Shown: one piece after another, positions 24,743 through 43,985 of the stretch | How positions within the stretch are numbered: the stretch's first letter is position 1 | Layout of the letters: every line of letters starts with the position of its first letter | Assembly: GCF_009914755.1 (NCBI RefSeq) | Contig: NC_060925.1 | Source: the human T2T-CHM13v2.0 reference genome, Homo sapiens | Length of the DNA: 64,000 bases | Strand: one strand, 5' to 3' | Program-made: the position numbers and the translations under genes | Notes under the pieces: generated by a model | The model's input: only the letters and a program-made list of their open reading frames with translations | Told to the model about the DNA's origin: nothing | The model's database searches: none

Positions 24743-25032
24743 CAGTCCTTCCTCCTTACCTGATGGGGTATTGGTTCCGGGACATCTCCCATAGGAAAAT
24801 CTGCTGAATCTGTGAGATAGTGTAACATTTGCATGTGACCTATGCGCCACCTCCGATACACTTTAAATCATCTCTAGATAACTTATAGTATCTAATACAA
24901 TGTAAATGCTATGAAAATAGTTGTTATACCATATTGCTTAAGGAACAATGACAAGAAAAAAGGTCTGTTCAGATGCAATTTTTTTTCTGAATATTGACCA
25001 TCCAAGGTTGGTTGAATCCACGGATGCACAGT
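24743..25032 (+). mobile_element. MER2-type (TcMar-Tigger) DNA transposon
   Basis: cagtcc...ttggttccgggac start, tacactttaaatcatctctaga...aatgctatgaaaatagttgttatac interior, ggttggttgaatccacggatgc end. Confidence 0.75.
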
Positions 25033-25562
25033 ATTTGTAGAATGAATGAACTGATCCATTGAGTCCAATGCAAAGCCACCTCCTTTAGGAGGCTTTCCCT
25101 GATTGCTCCACCCAGCATGCATAGCACAAACACGCTCAGCTAAAGACAATTGAACTGTCTTTTGAACGCTCACAGCAAATAATAAACCTGTTGCTTCCTT
25201 CCATGCATTAGAGACCATGAGAGCAGTTGTTAAGAGCACAGAACTAGGAATAATATAAACTTGGGTTCCAATTCCATTAATACTGTTTACTAGTTGAGTG
25301 ACCTTAGACAAGTCTCTTCATCTTAGTTGTAATAACTGTCCTTTGGGGTTAATGCTACTTAGACCTAGACTTGCTGTTTGAATTAAATGCAACCATTTCT
25401 GTGAAGTTCTAGTATGGTACCTGTTGCATAGTAAGCATTCAATAATTGTGGGGGGTAGGTTTTAACATGGCCCTCTCCCCTACTAAAGTGTGAGCTTCTT
25501 GAGAACAAGGACCTTGCCATCCTGAATTACTCCCCAGCATCAAGCTGGGGGATAAAGGCTTA

Positions 25563-26180
<618 letters not shown>

Positions 26181-29100
26181 AAAACATTAAATGAATATGT
26201 GAACAATTTCAGTATTCCCTGAAATTTGACCTCCAAACTCAAATCTGAAGTTGTTATCCAAAGGAAGAAAACATTATAAATACCCCCTTACCACCTGTTG
26301 TGCCCCTCTGTGCCCCAGGTTTTAAGGCTCTGTGGTAGAACCTCAAGGTAGAGTTGAGGTTAATCTCTGCAGTTGAACTAAAAGTACTGTATTATGCAAA
26401 CAAGTCACAGAGGATTGGTCTGCGATGAAGACCTGGGTGGGAAAGGGGGCTTCTGACCTCTCCTCATCCCCGGCTTAGCTACTGAAACCCTGTCCCAAGA
26501 AACCCAGGCTGGGCTTCTGCCAAGGACAGCGGACACTAAAAGAGAGCTGGAAAAGGGGAGCTTTTCATCCAAACACTAACCCACCTTTGAGCTTTTCTTC
26601 TCTGGAGCCTCATCTTACTCCTCGACCCCGAGCCAGTTCCTCTCCTGTCCCTAGCTCTGGCTCCCACTCCCCACCCCAACCTTCATTCCCTCCACAGCTC
26701 CCCAGTGGTTATAGTGGAGGGGGGACGAGACCTCCTATCACCTGGTTCCGGCTCCTTGGCCAGAGGAGCAGTAGCCACCTTGTCCTTGTTCAGCCTGTCT
26801 TGCAGCTGCTTATCGATCTGATTTTCAATATCTGTCACCATCTCAGAAGTAGAAGGCCTGACAGGCAACAGGAGGGACTTCCTGCCAGGGGAATAGCTAT
26901 GATCAGAAGGCAGTGAGAGCCCTCTCTTTCCTTGAGGAGGAGGAAGAAATGGTGAGACCCTCCTCTGGCTGAGAGCAACCTCCTCAACACAAGGAACCCT
27001 GGGGGTGTGGGTGGGTTTCCCCCCACAGGAATCTCCCATCAGCCTTGATGTTAGCTCCGCCCCCCTGCAGGGGTGGGGTGACACCCAGGAGCACTGTGTT
27101 CCAGAAAACCCCAAAATAACCTGCTTTCACTGTCCGGCTGCTATTTCTGTCCATCTTGTTTAATTATTCAAACCTAAGTTGGGGAGTGAACTATAAAAAG
27201 CTCTCCTACTTGGGGACCCAGGAGAGCTGGGAGGCTCGCCAGGTTGCAATAGCAGCAGACCACAGTGTTTGGGTGAGGTCACTTGGTCCGGCCTCCGGCC
27301 TAAAAGTTCCTTCTGCTGTTTCGCTGCTTCCTCTGCTAGAAGGCAGAACCCAGGCCTCCCTCCCAAAGTTCCCTTGTGCCCTCACTTCAGCACCCCTCCA
27401 GCCCCTATCCTGCCTGGGAGCTGTCCTCCACCCCACCCCACTTGACTCTGGCCATACTTATTCTCAGCTGTCCCTTTGCCAACCTGCTCCCTAGTTCAGG
27501 ATTCTTAACCCACAGATAATATCATTAGACCCAAACATCAGCAGTGGAGGGAGGTGGGATGGCAGAGGACTAGTTTAGTGGACACAGAGATGGCACCAGG
27601 CCCTTGGGTGGCATCACCATCAGCTGGGGGTGGAGAACACTGTTCTGGGTGGGGCAGTTCTTGGCTGTCACGGGTGCTGAGCCTCTTCAGGAGCTTCTCT
27701 TTGGAACTCTGACATGGTAGCCGAAGGGATGGAGGTAAGGCAGTCCTTCTTTTCTTTTCTGGGCCTGGTCCTCTTCTAATTGGACTAGGCTGAAGTCCAA
27801 TGTCAGTTTCCATTGAAACAGAAGCACAGGGCAGGCTAAGTGAGAAAGGCAGGTCTCCCTGAGGGCCACTTCTGTGACCCTCCTACCACAGGCCTTTCCT
27901 AAAAAGGTAGTAACAAAGGATTATAGTCATGGTGGCTCTAGCAATGTGGGGTTGTCACAATAAGCAGCCCTTGAGGGTGGGAATGAGGGGATTCTTGCTA
28001 GTGAGGGAGAGACTGGCAGTTACACAGCTTGAGCAGGAAGAAGGGCAAGAGAGACTGTGGCAGCCACAGAGACCCAGAGACCCACACATGGACAGGAGTT
28101 ATAGGATGGGCAGAAGGACAAGGGGCAGCAAAAGTGACACTTGAGCCCCAAGAGAGGGAGAGACCCCAGGAGCAGACCCAGAGACCCACGGCAGACAGAG
28201 GGGCAGACAGCCGAGAGCACAGAAGTGGAGTAAGAGGCCCAGTGTGGGAGGGAGACGCAGCAGCCTGGCAGAAGCTGGGGACAGGGGAGCATGGCAGGGC
28301 TTTCCAAGAGTCAGTGTGGGACCTGAGTATTTAAAAAAGCCTTGGGTTTCACACTCAGGCCTATTTTGGGGCTTGTTCCCACACATCTCCGTCAGCAGCA
28401 GTGGCAGCTCCTGCGAGGTCCAGCCCAGCTCTCCCTTTCACAGCTGCTCCTTGCGCTGCTGGGGGAGGTTGCTGAGGTATGGGGAAGAGGTACGCTGTCG
28501 CTAAGCAACAAGAGGCTGTGCACCTGGAGGTCCTAGGAGGAGACCCTGGCACCATCGGTATGGGGGAGGCAGGGAGACAGTAAAGGGTTGATCAAGCTCA
28601 AGGCTCCCTCTCCCATCCTCCCCAAGACAGTTACAGAGGAGGGATGTACCCATCGCTCAAGAAGCCTGTTGAATTGGCTCACAATCCTCCAGAAGGCTGC
28701 GATTGTGCATGCAAACCTGTGTGACATTCCATAGACTGAGAGTTGGAGAGGGCAGGGGCTAGGGCATGAAAGACAAGGGTGAGCATCTTTCACATCAATC
28801 TTGGAGGAAGGTCGAGGACTTGCCTGTCTGCTAAAAGGTAGGAACTTCCATGGAAGTGTAAAGGTCTGAGGGCGGAAACTTAGTAGGGAGGCGACAGAAT
28901 GGGAAGGGAAGCCGGTTGGACCCTGGGGCAGCCTCCCAGTCACAGAGGCTACCAAGGAGCCTACACAGAAGGGAGGTGGCAGGGCAGCAGGGGCCCCACA
29001 CCCATCAGCCATCTGCTGGAATTCTCAGTGTCCTCAAAGCTGAAGTGCTGCACTGTATGCCGTTATTTTTCTTCTCTTTTATTATTGTTTTTTGGTGGAC

Positions 29101-29923
29101 TGGAGTTTGAACGAGGTAACGATCAAGAGGGAAAGACTCGTCGATTGACCCTGTCACCCGCCTCACTGCATCTCTAACAGGCCTGTAGCCCTGTAAACGT
29201 GAGGAGCAGCTCAGGGTTGACAGAGGGCCATTGCCTCCCTTTTTCTGTCACTTCCTCCATTGCCTCAACCCCTGTCCAGAAGAGCGCACCTTCATTCAAC
29301 AAGCATGGATCAAGCACTCGTGACGTGCCAGCCAGGGCGCTGGGGAAATGATGAGGGTTGGGTTCCGTGGTGGCCGACACCCAGCCCCTCCTCCACAGTG
29401 CCTGTCTCCTTGCTGGTATCTTGGCAGGCTCCCGTTCTCCCATCAGACGCTACACTCACACATGCTGCACATACTGGTGAATAGCTTCTTGCAGTCCATC
29501 CTGGCACGGTCCCCAAATTCCGCAGGGAACAGGGTGTGCTTCAGCCCTCTCCCTCTCTCACTAAGGGCTAGGAAGTTTTGAGTCTTCCATCTCACACACC
29601 CCAGAGGCTGCGTTGCCGGGAAGACACAGGGGCAATGTGAGGCCTTCTTATTCCTGACCCACGAGAACGATGCCAAGTTGGGGACAAGAAGGGTAGAGGC
29701 TTGTTTTGCTTTCATTCCTGCTTTATGCCAGGCACTCTGAAAGGCATTGTGTACACTATTTTCATCATCAGACAATAGCCCATAATACTTTGTCTGACAT
29801 CTGACAAAGAACGATCAGCCTCATTTTACAGATGGTGAAACTGAAGGAGCATGTTCATGTTCATACAGCACAAAGTGGCTCTGGGATTTCAACCCATAGA
29901 GGAGTGTTAGAATAATACCCTCA

Positions 29924-30396
<473 letters not shown>

Positions 30397-31389
30397 TCAG
30401 TCATTTCCAGCTGTGTGACCTTGGGTGAGTCACTCGCTTTTTCTGAATCTCGGTTTTCTCAATGATGATGTGACAGCAATGTTCATGAAGTGCTGCCAAA
30501 ATTACAATAGATCATGTAAACTATGTGCAATGTACTTCGTTGCCTTGCAGCAATGGATGGCGCCTCTCCTTCCATCCTCTACAGAAGGAGGAAGAGGTAA
30601 GCAAGAACAAATTCAAGAGGGTGCAAATCTGCTGGTATAGTATCAGGAAGCCCAAAGCCTGGCAGAGGTTTGTAGAACAGGCAAAGGATAGCAAAAGGCT
30701 CTCTCTCAAGGGGGCGTGGGGGTGGGGGGTGGAAGGAGGGCACTGGGGTGGGGAGTCATTTTTGGAGCAAGAGTTTCAAGAAAAGCCAAAAAAGGGACCT
30801 CTGCTGGAGCAGGTAGAGTAATGGTGACAGATGACAGAGTGAATAGAACTCCCAACTCCTATTTTCTTCCCATTTCTCTCCTAAGACAGATGTTTAAAGT
30901 GGAAATAAGAGAATTGGAGTTCTGAAAATGTGAGAATCAAATCTACAGCCCCATTTGTTCAGTGACTTCCTATCTCCACCCCGTGAAGTTCACCAGAGGC
31001 ACCGAGGGAACTTGCCCAGATGGTTGTGGTGGCATTGTCCCTGGTGTGTGAGGAATTTTGGAGAATACAAGAGGTGTAAAACTACTGTAGATGAAAATAG
31101 GAGGTTCTAATCTTTAAGAAGAGGGAAAGATATTTTCAAAATTCTGGGGTTTCATTACCACAACTGTTGTGGAAGGTTAGAGAAAAAAAGAGGGACCATC
31201 AGGAGCTAGATGGGGTTCACTAATTAATCCCCGACTACTCAAGTGAGAATGGGCATCACCTGGGAGACTGTCAGAACGTCAAGAGGATCCCACTCCACTC
31301 CGCACCTGTGAATCACAGTTTGCACTTAACAAGAGGCATAGATGAGTCAAATGTACATTCAAGACCAAGATGCACACCATAACCTGTTC

Positions 31390-31693
<304 letters not shown>

Positions 31694-32030
31694 GTAACCT
31701 GTTCTTCAACCCTATAAGTAGGTGAGTGATTGTAAAGGTGCCATGGAAAGCTAAAAGTTCCTTCAGGAACCTCTTCCTCCAGGAGAGGATTGGAGGGGCA
31801 CTGTGCAGGGCGGGGTTCTGCCTCCTTTGCCCCATGGTTTCGTTCACTTGTTTTACACAGTGGGCTTCCAACTAAACTTTCCTTTGAAGAGCCGGGCCAC
31901 AGCCAAAGATGTTTGAAAATCGTCTGTGCTGTGTTATGGAACATCTGTGCTATGGAATGTTGCACAGCCTTACGAGGCATGAACTGGATCTGGGCCCACT
32001 GACAGAATGGTCCCAGAGACAAATTGTTTA

Positions 32031-33323
<1,293 letters not shown>

Positions 33324-33379
33324 AGTAATTCTCAGTGCAATCTATAGAATAGGCTATTTATGTAAATAAGCATGTATAG

Positions 33380-33935
33380 GTATGTGTGTATTCATCAACT
33401 ATCTATACTAAGTGACTTAAAACAGCAATGACTGCTTTTGGTTTTGGGGATTGACTGGGTTCCACCAGGTGATTTTCCCTCAGAGTCTCATGCTGTTGCA
33501 GTCTGACAGGGTTTGGATCGGGGGTCTCAAAGTCTTCTTCACATGTCTGCCACCGAGGCTGGGAACACTCAAGCAGGTGGAGTCCAGAACAGCTACAGTC
33601 TCTTTCTCTCTCTGGTCTCTCCTTGTGGTCCTTGTGGTCTCTCCAGCACGGTGGTTCAGGGTAGTCAGCCTTCTTACAAGGAGGACTAGGGCTCCAAGGA
33701 CATTATTCTGAGATAGAGAGCTAAGGGGAATCAATATTGCTTTTTATGACCTAGCCTTGGGTGTCACCCAGCATCACTGTCATACATTAGTGGAGGCAGT
33801 CACAGAGGCCTGCTCATGTTCTAGGGTAGAGGACAGAGCCTTCCACCTCATGGAGAGGCTCCAAACCTCAGGGTTTTCGAAGAGCCCATGGAATGGGAAA
33901 TGTCGTGGCCATATTTGGAAAATACATTCTGCCAG
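33380..33935. mobile_element. MLT1 (ERVL-MaLR) LTR remnant
   Basis: Recalled MLT1-like motifs: agtgacttaaaaca, gggtagtcagccttcttac, tgacctagccttgg.tgtcac, ggccatatttggaaaataca. Confidence 0.6.
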
Positions 33936-34529
33936 AATATGAACATATATATGAGGGCAAATGTATAGAAAGAAGGCCTGGAAGGATCTATACCAAATTA
34001 TCAATAAGGCTTATTTTTGGGGAAGATGCAGATATATTTTACCTTACTTTGTACATATGACTTGAATCTTTTACATTGAGATGATATATACATTATTTCA
34101 TTTGTTTAATGAGAAGGGAACTCAGAAAAAAATTGCTGTAGGCTTTTTATAATAAAAGGGTTTAATAGATGGTATTTCTGAGGAGTGTTGCATAATGCAT
34201 CTGAATTTTATGAAAGCATTTCATTAGGTTGATTATATTATCTTTTTAAAAAGATGCAGGAACATGGACAGCATTACTCATTCGTTTAACAAATAGTCAG
34301 TGAATGCCTACTGTGTGTTAATGGAACAGCTATACCCAGAAAATCTTGTTAATAAATCTGCGTCAGCTTGGAGAGATATCACTGCTAGCTCCATCCATTG
34401 CCCTGTCCTGGTTAGCTCTTTTGTCTGGAAAGAGAAAAGTCAGATTTGGCAAGAAGGTGGCTTATTGGCGCAAAAACACTTGAATATATTAGATTAAAAC
34501 AGTGTCAAATGTTCAGCTCCACTCTTCCA

Positions 34530-35005
34530 TTTATCTATTGCTGTGTAACAGACCACCTTAAAACTTAGAGGCTTAAAACAACATTCTTTCATTATTATTA
34601 TGGTCCTGGGCTCTACTGGGCTAAACTAGGCAGTTGTTGCTTGTCAGGTCTCTTATGTGGTTGCAGACAGCAGCTGGAGTCATCTCAAAGGCTTCCTCAT
34701 GTGTCTGGTTGTCAGCTAGGACCTCAGTTGGGAAGGTCAACAGGAACGTCATATAGATGTTGACTTCTCCATGTGGCCTCAACTTCCTCACAGCATGGCA
34801 GTAGGGTTCCCAGAGCAAATGGCCCATAGGACCAGGTGGAAGCCATGAGTCACATAACCTCACTTTCACTGTAGTTAGAGGCCTTCCCAGATTCAAAGGG
34901 AGGGACTGTGGATGCCCCCTCTCAATGGGATGACGGATAATGCCCCTATAAGAAGAGCATGAAGGAGCGGAGATTTTGTTATGGACATCTTAGAAAATAA
35001 AACCT
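34530..35005. mobile_element. MLT1 (ERVL-MaLR) LTR remnant
   Basis: tctattgctgtgtaaca...aaacttagaggcttaaaacaac...cttcctcacagcatggca...cccagattcaa. Confidence 0.65.
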
Positions 35006-35008
35006 GCT

Positions 35009-36564
<1,556 letters not shown>

Positions 36565-36895
36565 TAAACTAGTCATATAGTTCTCCCTAACTGCAAGGAG
36601 ATTGGGAAATGTAGCAGAGTAAATGGAGTTATTGGTGAGTGTTTGATGGTATCTGCCACACCTTGTTACAGCCTACAAGGTTATGTCAGATCTGTCCTTC
36701 CAGCTTACTTTTTAGACCTTGTCTCCAGGCATTCACACATAGCTCACCTTTTAGCTTCTTCAAGTCATTGCTGAGTTGTCTTCTCAAGGAAGCCTCTCCT
36801 GATCACCCTATTTAAAATTGCAACCCATCCCTCACTCCTCTCCTCCACCCTTGAAGTCCCTTACCCTGTTTTTCCTTTTTCCTAGGCACTTATTA

Positions 36896-37191
36896 CTTTT
36901 TTTTTTTTTGAGACAGAGTCTTGCTCTGTCACCCAGGTGGGGGTGTAGTGGCGTGATCTTGGCTCACAGCAACCTCCGCCTCCCAGGTTCAAGTGATCCT
37001 CCTGCCTCAGCCTCTGGAGTGGCTGGAATTACAGGAGCGCACTACCACGCCCAGATAATTTTTGTATTTTTAGTAGAGACGGGGTTTCACCGTGTTGACC
37101 TGGCTGGTCTCAAACTCCTGACCTTAAGTGATCTGTCTACCTTGGCTTCCCAAAGTGCTGGGATTACTGGTGTGAGACACTGTGCCCAGCC
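36896..37191 (-). mobile_element. Alu inserted in an L2 3' remnant
   Basis: TSD aggcacttatt; the flank has L2-end motif gtctggcacacag...aataaatatttgttgaa. Confidence 0.9.
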
Positions 37192-38025
37192 ACAAGGCAC
37201 TTATTTCATCTAACATACTAAAGTATCTGTCTTTCTCTGCTGCAACGTCAGCTCCACTAGGTCATTGATCTATGTCTGCTTTGTTCAATGATGCCCAAGT
37301 ACCTAGGGCAGTGTCTGGCACACAGAGGGCACTTAATAAATATTTGTTGAAGGATTAAATTTTTAAAAAAATATTTGCTGCTACCAAGGGTGTGGTTACA
37401 CTAACACTTCCACACACTTTTAGTGGGACTCTACATTGGCGCAATACATTTTTTAAACAAAACTTTAAATTTTGTACTAATTTTAGATTTATGGAAAAGT
37501 TGCAAAGATAGTACAGTGAGTTCCTGTGTACCCCATACTGAGTTTACCCTAAGGTTAACATCTTACATTACTGTGGTACATTTCTCAAACTAAGAAACCA
37601 CTATGAACATATTACTGTTAAATAAACTCTAGAATTTATTTAATTTCACCAGTTTTCTATTAATGTCCCTTTTTCTTCTGTGCCAGGATCCAGTTCAGGT
37701 TACCAAATTGTATTTGACAGCACATATTTTTTAAATGTCCATGTTTCTTGCAGAGAAAGGGGCCCTCTTACCTACACTAGTAGAAAGGCAACTGAGAGGT
37801 TTCATAAGCCCCAGCAGAGACAGATTTGTGTTGATTTGCAGCAAAGTCAGTCTGGGCTTCTTTCTTGACCCTGGACTACTGGCCCCAGCAGTGTAGACCA
37901 TTTTCTCTCACTTTCTGTCCCTTCTTTCTTTCTGTGAATTGGTACAGATTTTCTGTAGACATTAGGCCACATGTAAAAAGATCCTTTATAAAGTGCCCCA
38001 AGCATCTTCTCATCTAGACATGTAG

Positions 38026-39040
<1,015 letters not shown>

Positions 39041-39888
39041 GATGTAACAAATATTTTGTCTACAAAGATATCCATTACATAATTACTTATACTAGTGAAA
39101 ATGGAAAACAATTCAACATTGTAGGAATGTTAAATACATATGGGCTATATTATAGGCATTAATAATATTTTTGAAGAAATTTTAAAGACAAAGGAAAATA
39201 TTTTTCATGGCTAAGTGAATAAAGCAGAATCTAAAATTGCATATACAATATGATCTCAGCTACTCTCAACTCGTCTCTTTATTTTTTATTGTAAATTGAC
39301 AAATTATAATGCTATATAAGTCTCTCTAGTTTGATTCAACAGAGATAATGCATTCTTATATCACATTATTAAAGTATGCCCTCTAGAACAGTTCTCAAAC
39401 TGTCTGTAGTGAAGGATGCATTTTTAAAAATTTCCAATCTTTTATGGACTGATACTTTTGTGAAGTGCAAGAAATACTAGTTACTAGAAAACTGAAATAA
39501 AAAAGACCTATTAAATACAAGCCTCAATTTTTAAAATTATTACATTCAGATGAAAAATTACTGGCAGTTCCTGTAAGCTTCTAAATGTTTGCTCTCAATT
39601 ATTGCATTTATCTAGTTGTGGACCAGTAACAGCTTGTGGAGCCCACTTTTAGAAGCACTGCTCTAGCAGAAGCAGCATGCCACTCTGTCATGTTGCTCAC
39701 ATCTGGGCAACAGAGGGAGATCCCATCTCTAAATTAAAAAAAAAAAAGAGCAATATAAGCTTATCGTAATAATAGTACAAGAAGAGCCTTCTTCTCATCT
39801 CTACTCTCCAAAGGTGACCACTGCCAAGCTTCTTGTGTATCAGTCCAAAATGACAGCTTTCTACATTGGCACACACAGATCCACCTCA

Positions 39889-40645
<757 letters not shown>

Positions 40646-40819
40646 CCAGCTGATAATTTTTATTGGCTGCTTAATGTTCCATTGTGTGACTACCCTACTG
40701 AGTTTATTGCCAATACGAACAATACTGCAACAAATCCTCCAGAGCTCTTTGCCCACATATCCAGGTATATCCACAGGAAAAAGTCCTTGCTGGGTATGTG
40801 CACTTATACTAAGAAAAAC

Positions 40820-42665
40820 AAGCTTTATTGAAATATAATTCACAGACCATACAATTCACCTTTTTAAAGTATATAATTGTGTGATATTTTATTATACTCA
40901 GCATTGTGCAGCTATCACCACTAATTACAGAACATTTTTGTCACCCCTGAAAGAAAGCCCATACCCATTAGCAGTCACTCTCTGTTCTCCCCTTTTCCCG
41001 GGCCTTTGCAATCACTGATCTACTTTCTGTTCCTATGGATCTGACTATTCTGGACATTTCACATAAATAAAAGTATACAGTATGTGGCATTTTGTGTCTG
41101 GCTTCTTTCACTTAGCAGCACATTTTCAAGTTCATCCATGTTGTAGCATGTGTCACTATTTCATTCCTTCTGATAGGTGAATAATATTCCATTGTATGGA
41201 GATACTACTTTTGTTTATCTACTCATCAGTTGATGGACATTTGGATTGCTTCCATTTTTTGGCTATTATGAAGAGTGCTGCTATAGATATCCATGTGCAG
41301 ATATCTGGGTGGACATATGCTTTCAATTTTGTTGGATATATACCTAGGAGAGGAATTGTTAGGTCACATGATAACTCTATGTTTAACATTTTGAGGAGTG
41401 GCCAAATTGTTTATCAAAGTGGCTCCACTATTTTAACCCTTCCAGCAATGTATGAGAGTTATTTCTCCACATCCTCACCAACACTGATCATTGTGTCTGC
41501 TTTATTTTAGCCATCCTAATGGGAGTAAAATGGGATCTCATAGTGATTTTGATTTGCATTTCTCTAATGGCTAGTGATGGCCAGGCCCAGTGACCCTGGC
41601 CTGTAATCCCAGCACTTTGGGAGGCCAATGAGAGCAGATCACTTGAGCCCAGGAGTTCAAGACCAGCCTGGGCAGCATGGCGAATACTTTGTCTCTACAA
41701 AAAACACAAAAATTAGCTGGGAATGGTGGCGAATGCCTGTAGTCCTAGCTATTTGGGAGGCTGAGGTGGGAGATCACCTAAGCCTGGGGAGATCAAGGCT
41801 TCAGTGAGCCATGATCACGCCACTGCACTCCAGTGTGGGTGACAGGGTGAGACTTCGTTTCAAAAGAAGAAAGGCCATTTGTATATGTTCTTTTGGGAGA
41901 AATGTGAATTCAAATCCTTTGCCTATTTCTTAATTAGGTTGTCTTTCTATTGTGATGAGTTCTTTATATAGTCTGGATATAAATCCCTTATTACATATAT
42001 GATTAGCAAATATTTTCTCCCACTCTGCGGGTTTTTTAATTTTTTTTTGTTTTATTTTTATTTTATTTTTTGAGATGGAGTCTTGCTCTGTCACCCAGGC
42101 TGGATTGCAGTGGTGTGATCTTGGCTCACTGCAACCTCCACCTCCGGGTTCAAGTGATTCTCCTGCCTTAGCCTCCCAAGTAGCTGGGATTACAGGCACA
42201 CACCACCACGCCTAGCTAATTTTTGTATTTTTAGTAGAGACGGGGTTTCTCCATGTTGGTCAGGCTGGTCTTGAACTCCCGACCTCAGGTGATCCACCCA
42301 CCTAGGCCTCCGAAAGTGCTGGGATTACAGGCATGAGGCACCACGCCTGGCTTAAAATACATATATTTTTTAGAGATGGGAGTCTCACTATGTTGCCCAG
42401 GATGGTCTTGAACTCCCTGGACTCAAGCAATCCTCCCATCTTGGCCACACAAAGTGCTGGGATTACAGGTGTGAGCCACCATGTCTGGCCTTTTTTAAAG
42501 AGTTTTATAGTTTTATCTCCTACAGTTAGGTCTGTGGTTCATTTTGAGTTTATTTTTGTATCTGGTGTGGGGTAGGGGTACGACTTCCTCCTTTTACATG
42601 TGGATTTCCAGTTGTCCTGACACCATTTGTTGAAAAGACTACTTTCTGTTGAATTATCCTGGTAC
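40820..42665 (-). mobile_element. Old L1 (L1M-type) 3' fragment interrupted by Alus (+ 41578-41870; - 42035-42352; - 42365-42491)
   Basis: L1 antisense hallmarks (ttcatccatgttgtagcatg, gttgatggacatttgg, gatttgcatttctctaatg). Minus-strand translation gives the ORF2 remnant [23 protein letters not shown]. Confidence 0.85.
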
Positions 42666-43985
42666 CCTGCACTTAATTTTTTTCATGCCACCTTGTCTAA
42701 GAAGCACTTATATTTTTTATATTTCCAAATTGTCCTCCAAAGAGGTTACACTGGCATATAGTCCCATTCATAGGAGCTAAGAAACTGTATCTCAGATTGG
42801 GCATTGAAGGTTAGCAAGGACACTAATGAGCTCAAGCTTATCAGGGACCCACAGCAGAGTGGAGTGTTGGGGGAGCTTGAGAGTGTCACAAAAGGGGAGG
42901 TTGAAGGAAGTAAAAATGTTTCTCAGAGAAGAGAAAAAATGCTGGGGAATGTATATCTGGTGGGCCTGAGTTTAAAGCCCTGTTCTGCTCCTTTCCAGCT
43001 GAATAGCCTTGGGTAGTTATCAGATCCAACTCGGAACCTCAGTTTCATCATGTTAAACCAAGATGAAGACCACAACAACCTTTGTAGGGTTGTTGTGAGG
43101 AGTAAATGTATGTAAATATCCCAGCCCACGACAGACTCTCAGTAACGGTAGCTATTGTGACATTTCTATATGTGGTATATGTGGCTGAGATCATGTGATT
43201 GTGGGGGAGCATTGCAGCCATTTGGTGAGTATGAGATTTTTAATGATGGCTGATCACATGTAGAAACTTGGATCTACTGGTAAATGTCACTGTCACCCAG
43301 AGCAAGGCAGTACTTGAAGTCTTTGCTGTGACATGTTAAGGGGGGGGAGAGGCTGTGACTGAGATTGGATGTGACAGCAAGACAGATCCTGAGTGACAGA
43401 ATGGAACGGAGTGGAGGGAGGCAGACTGCACCAGGCAAAGGTGTGTCCCCAACAGGAGCTGCCTGGGAGTTCAGATGTCAGGGCAGGTGTCTGTCTCTAC
43501 TGTCCCCTCCCCAACAGACTTCCCTCCCTACTTTCTGAAAGCAAGGAGGAAAGGAGGGAGCTTTCCCTTCAGAAAGGAGATTTTGATCAGAGTGTAGAAT
43601 CTACAATACCTAAGGAGTTATGGCTTAAGCACCTTTGATATCACCACCCAAGGCTCAGGAAAAGAACCTGCAGGAACTGTGTGTAAAACGGGTGGGGTAG
43701 AAATTAGAGTAGCTTCTCTTCTCAGCTTTAGTCTTCAGAGTGGCCGATAAAAACAGAATAGAAACCTAAGCATTCCTTCCTCCTCTCTGTCCCCCGGGGG
43801 AAGGAAGAGAGAATAAATGCCACATCTCATTAAGCTTTTACGATCTCAGGCAGGCAGAGTAGGACCACACCGGAGGCAGGCAGAGGGCTGGGGGAGGCTG
43901 CAGGAAGGATTCCCCAGTTCTCTCAGGGAGCTGTGTTCCAGAACTTAAAGGCCGGCTCTACAGAAAATGAAATAAGGGTTAACAA

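Noticed and set aside
27538-27813. 91-aa ATG-initiated minus-strand ORF (METDIGLQ...) upstream of the candidate spliced gene
   Set aside because: The preceding pyrimidine tract ends in CAA rather than AG, no good donor links it onward, and I recognise no homology.
29060-29180. T-rich stretch with minus-strand AATAAA and plus-strand donor/acceptor-like motifs
   Set aside because: The implied intron is only ~65 nt and there is no upstream gene structure to support the PAS.
33909-33918. Perfect CArG box CCATATTTGG
   Set aside because: It lies at the end of an MLT1 LTR remnant, where similar sequence is part of the element, and has no supporting motifs.
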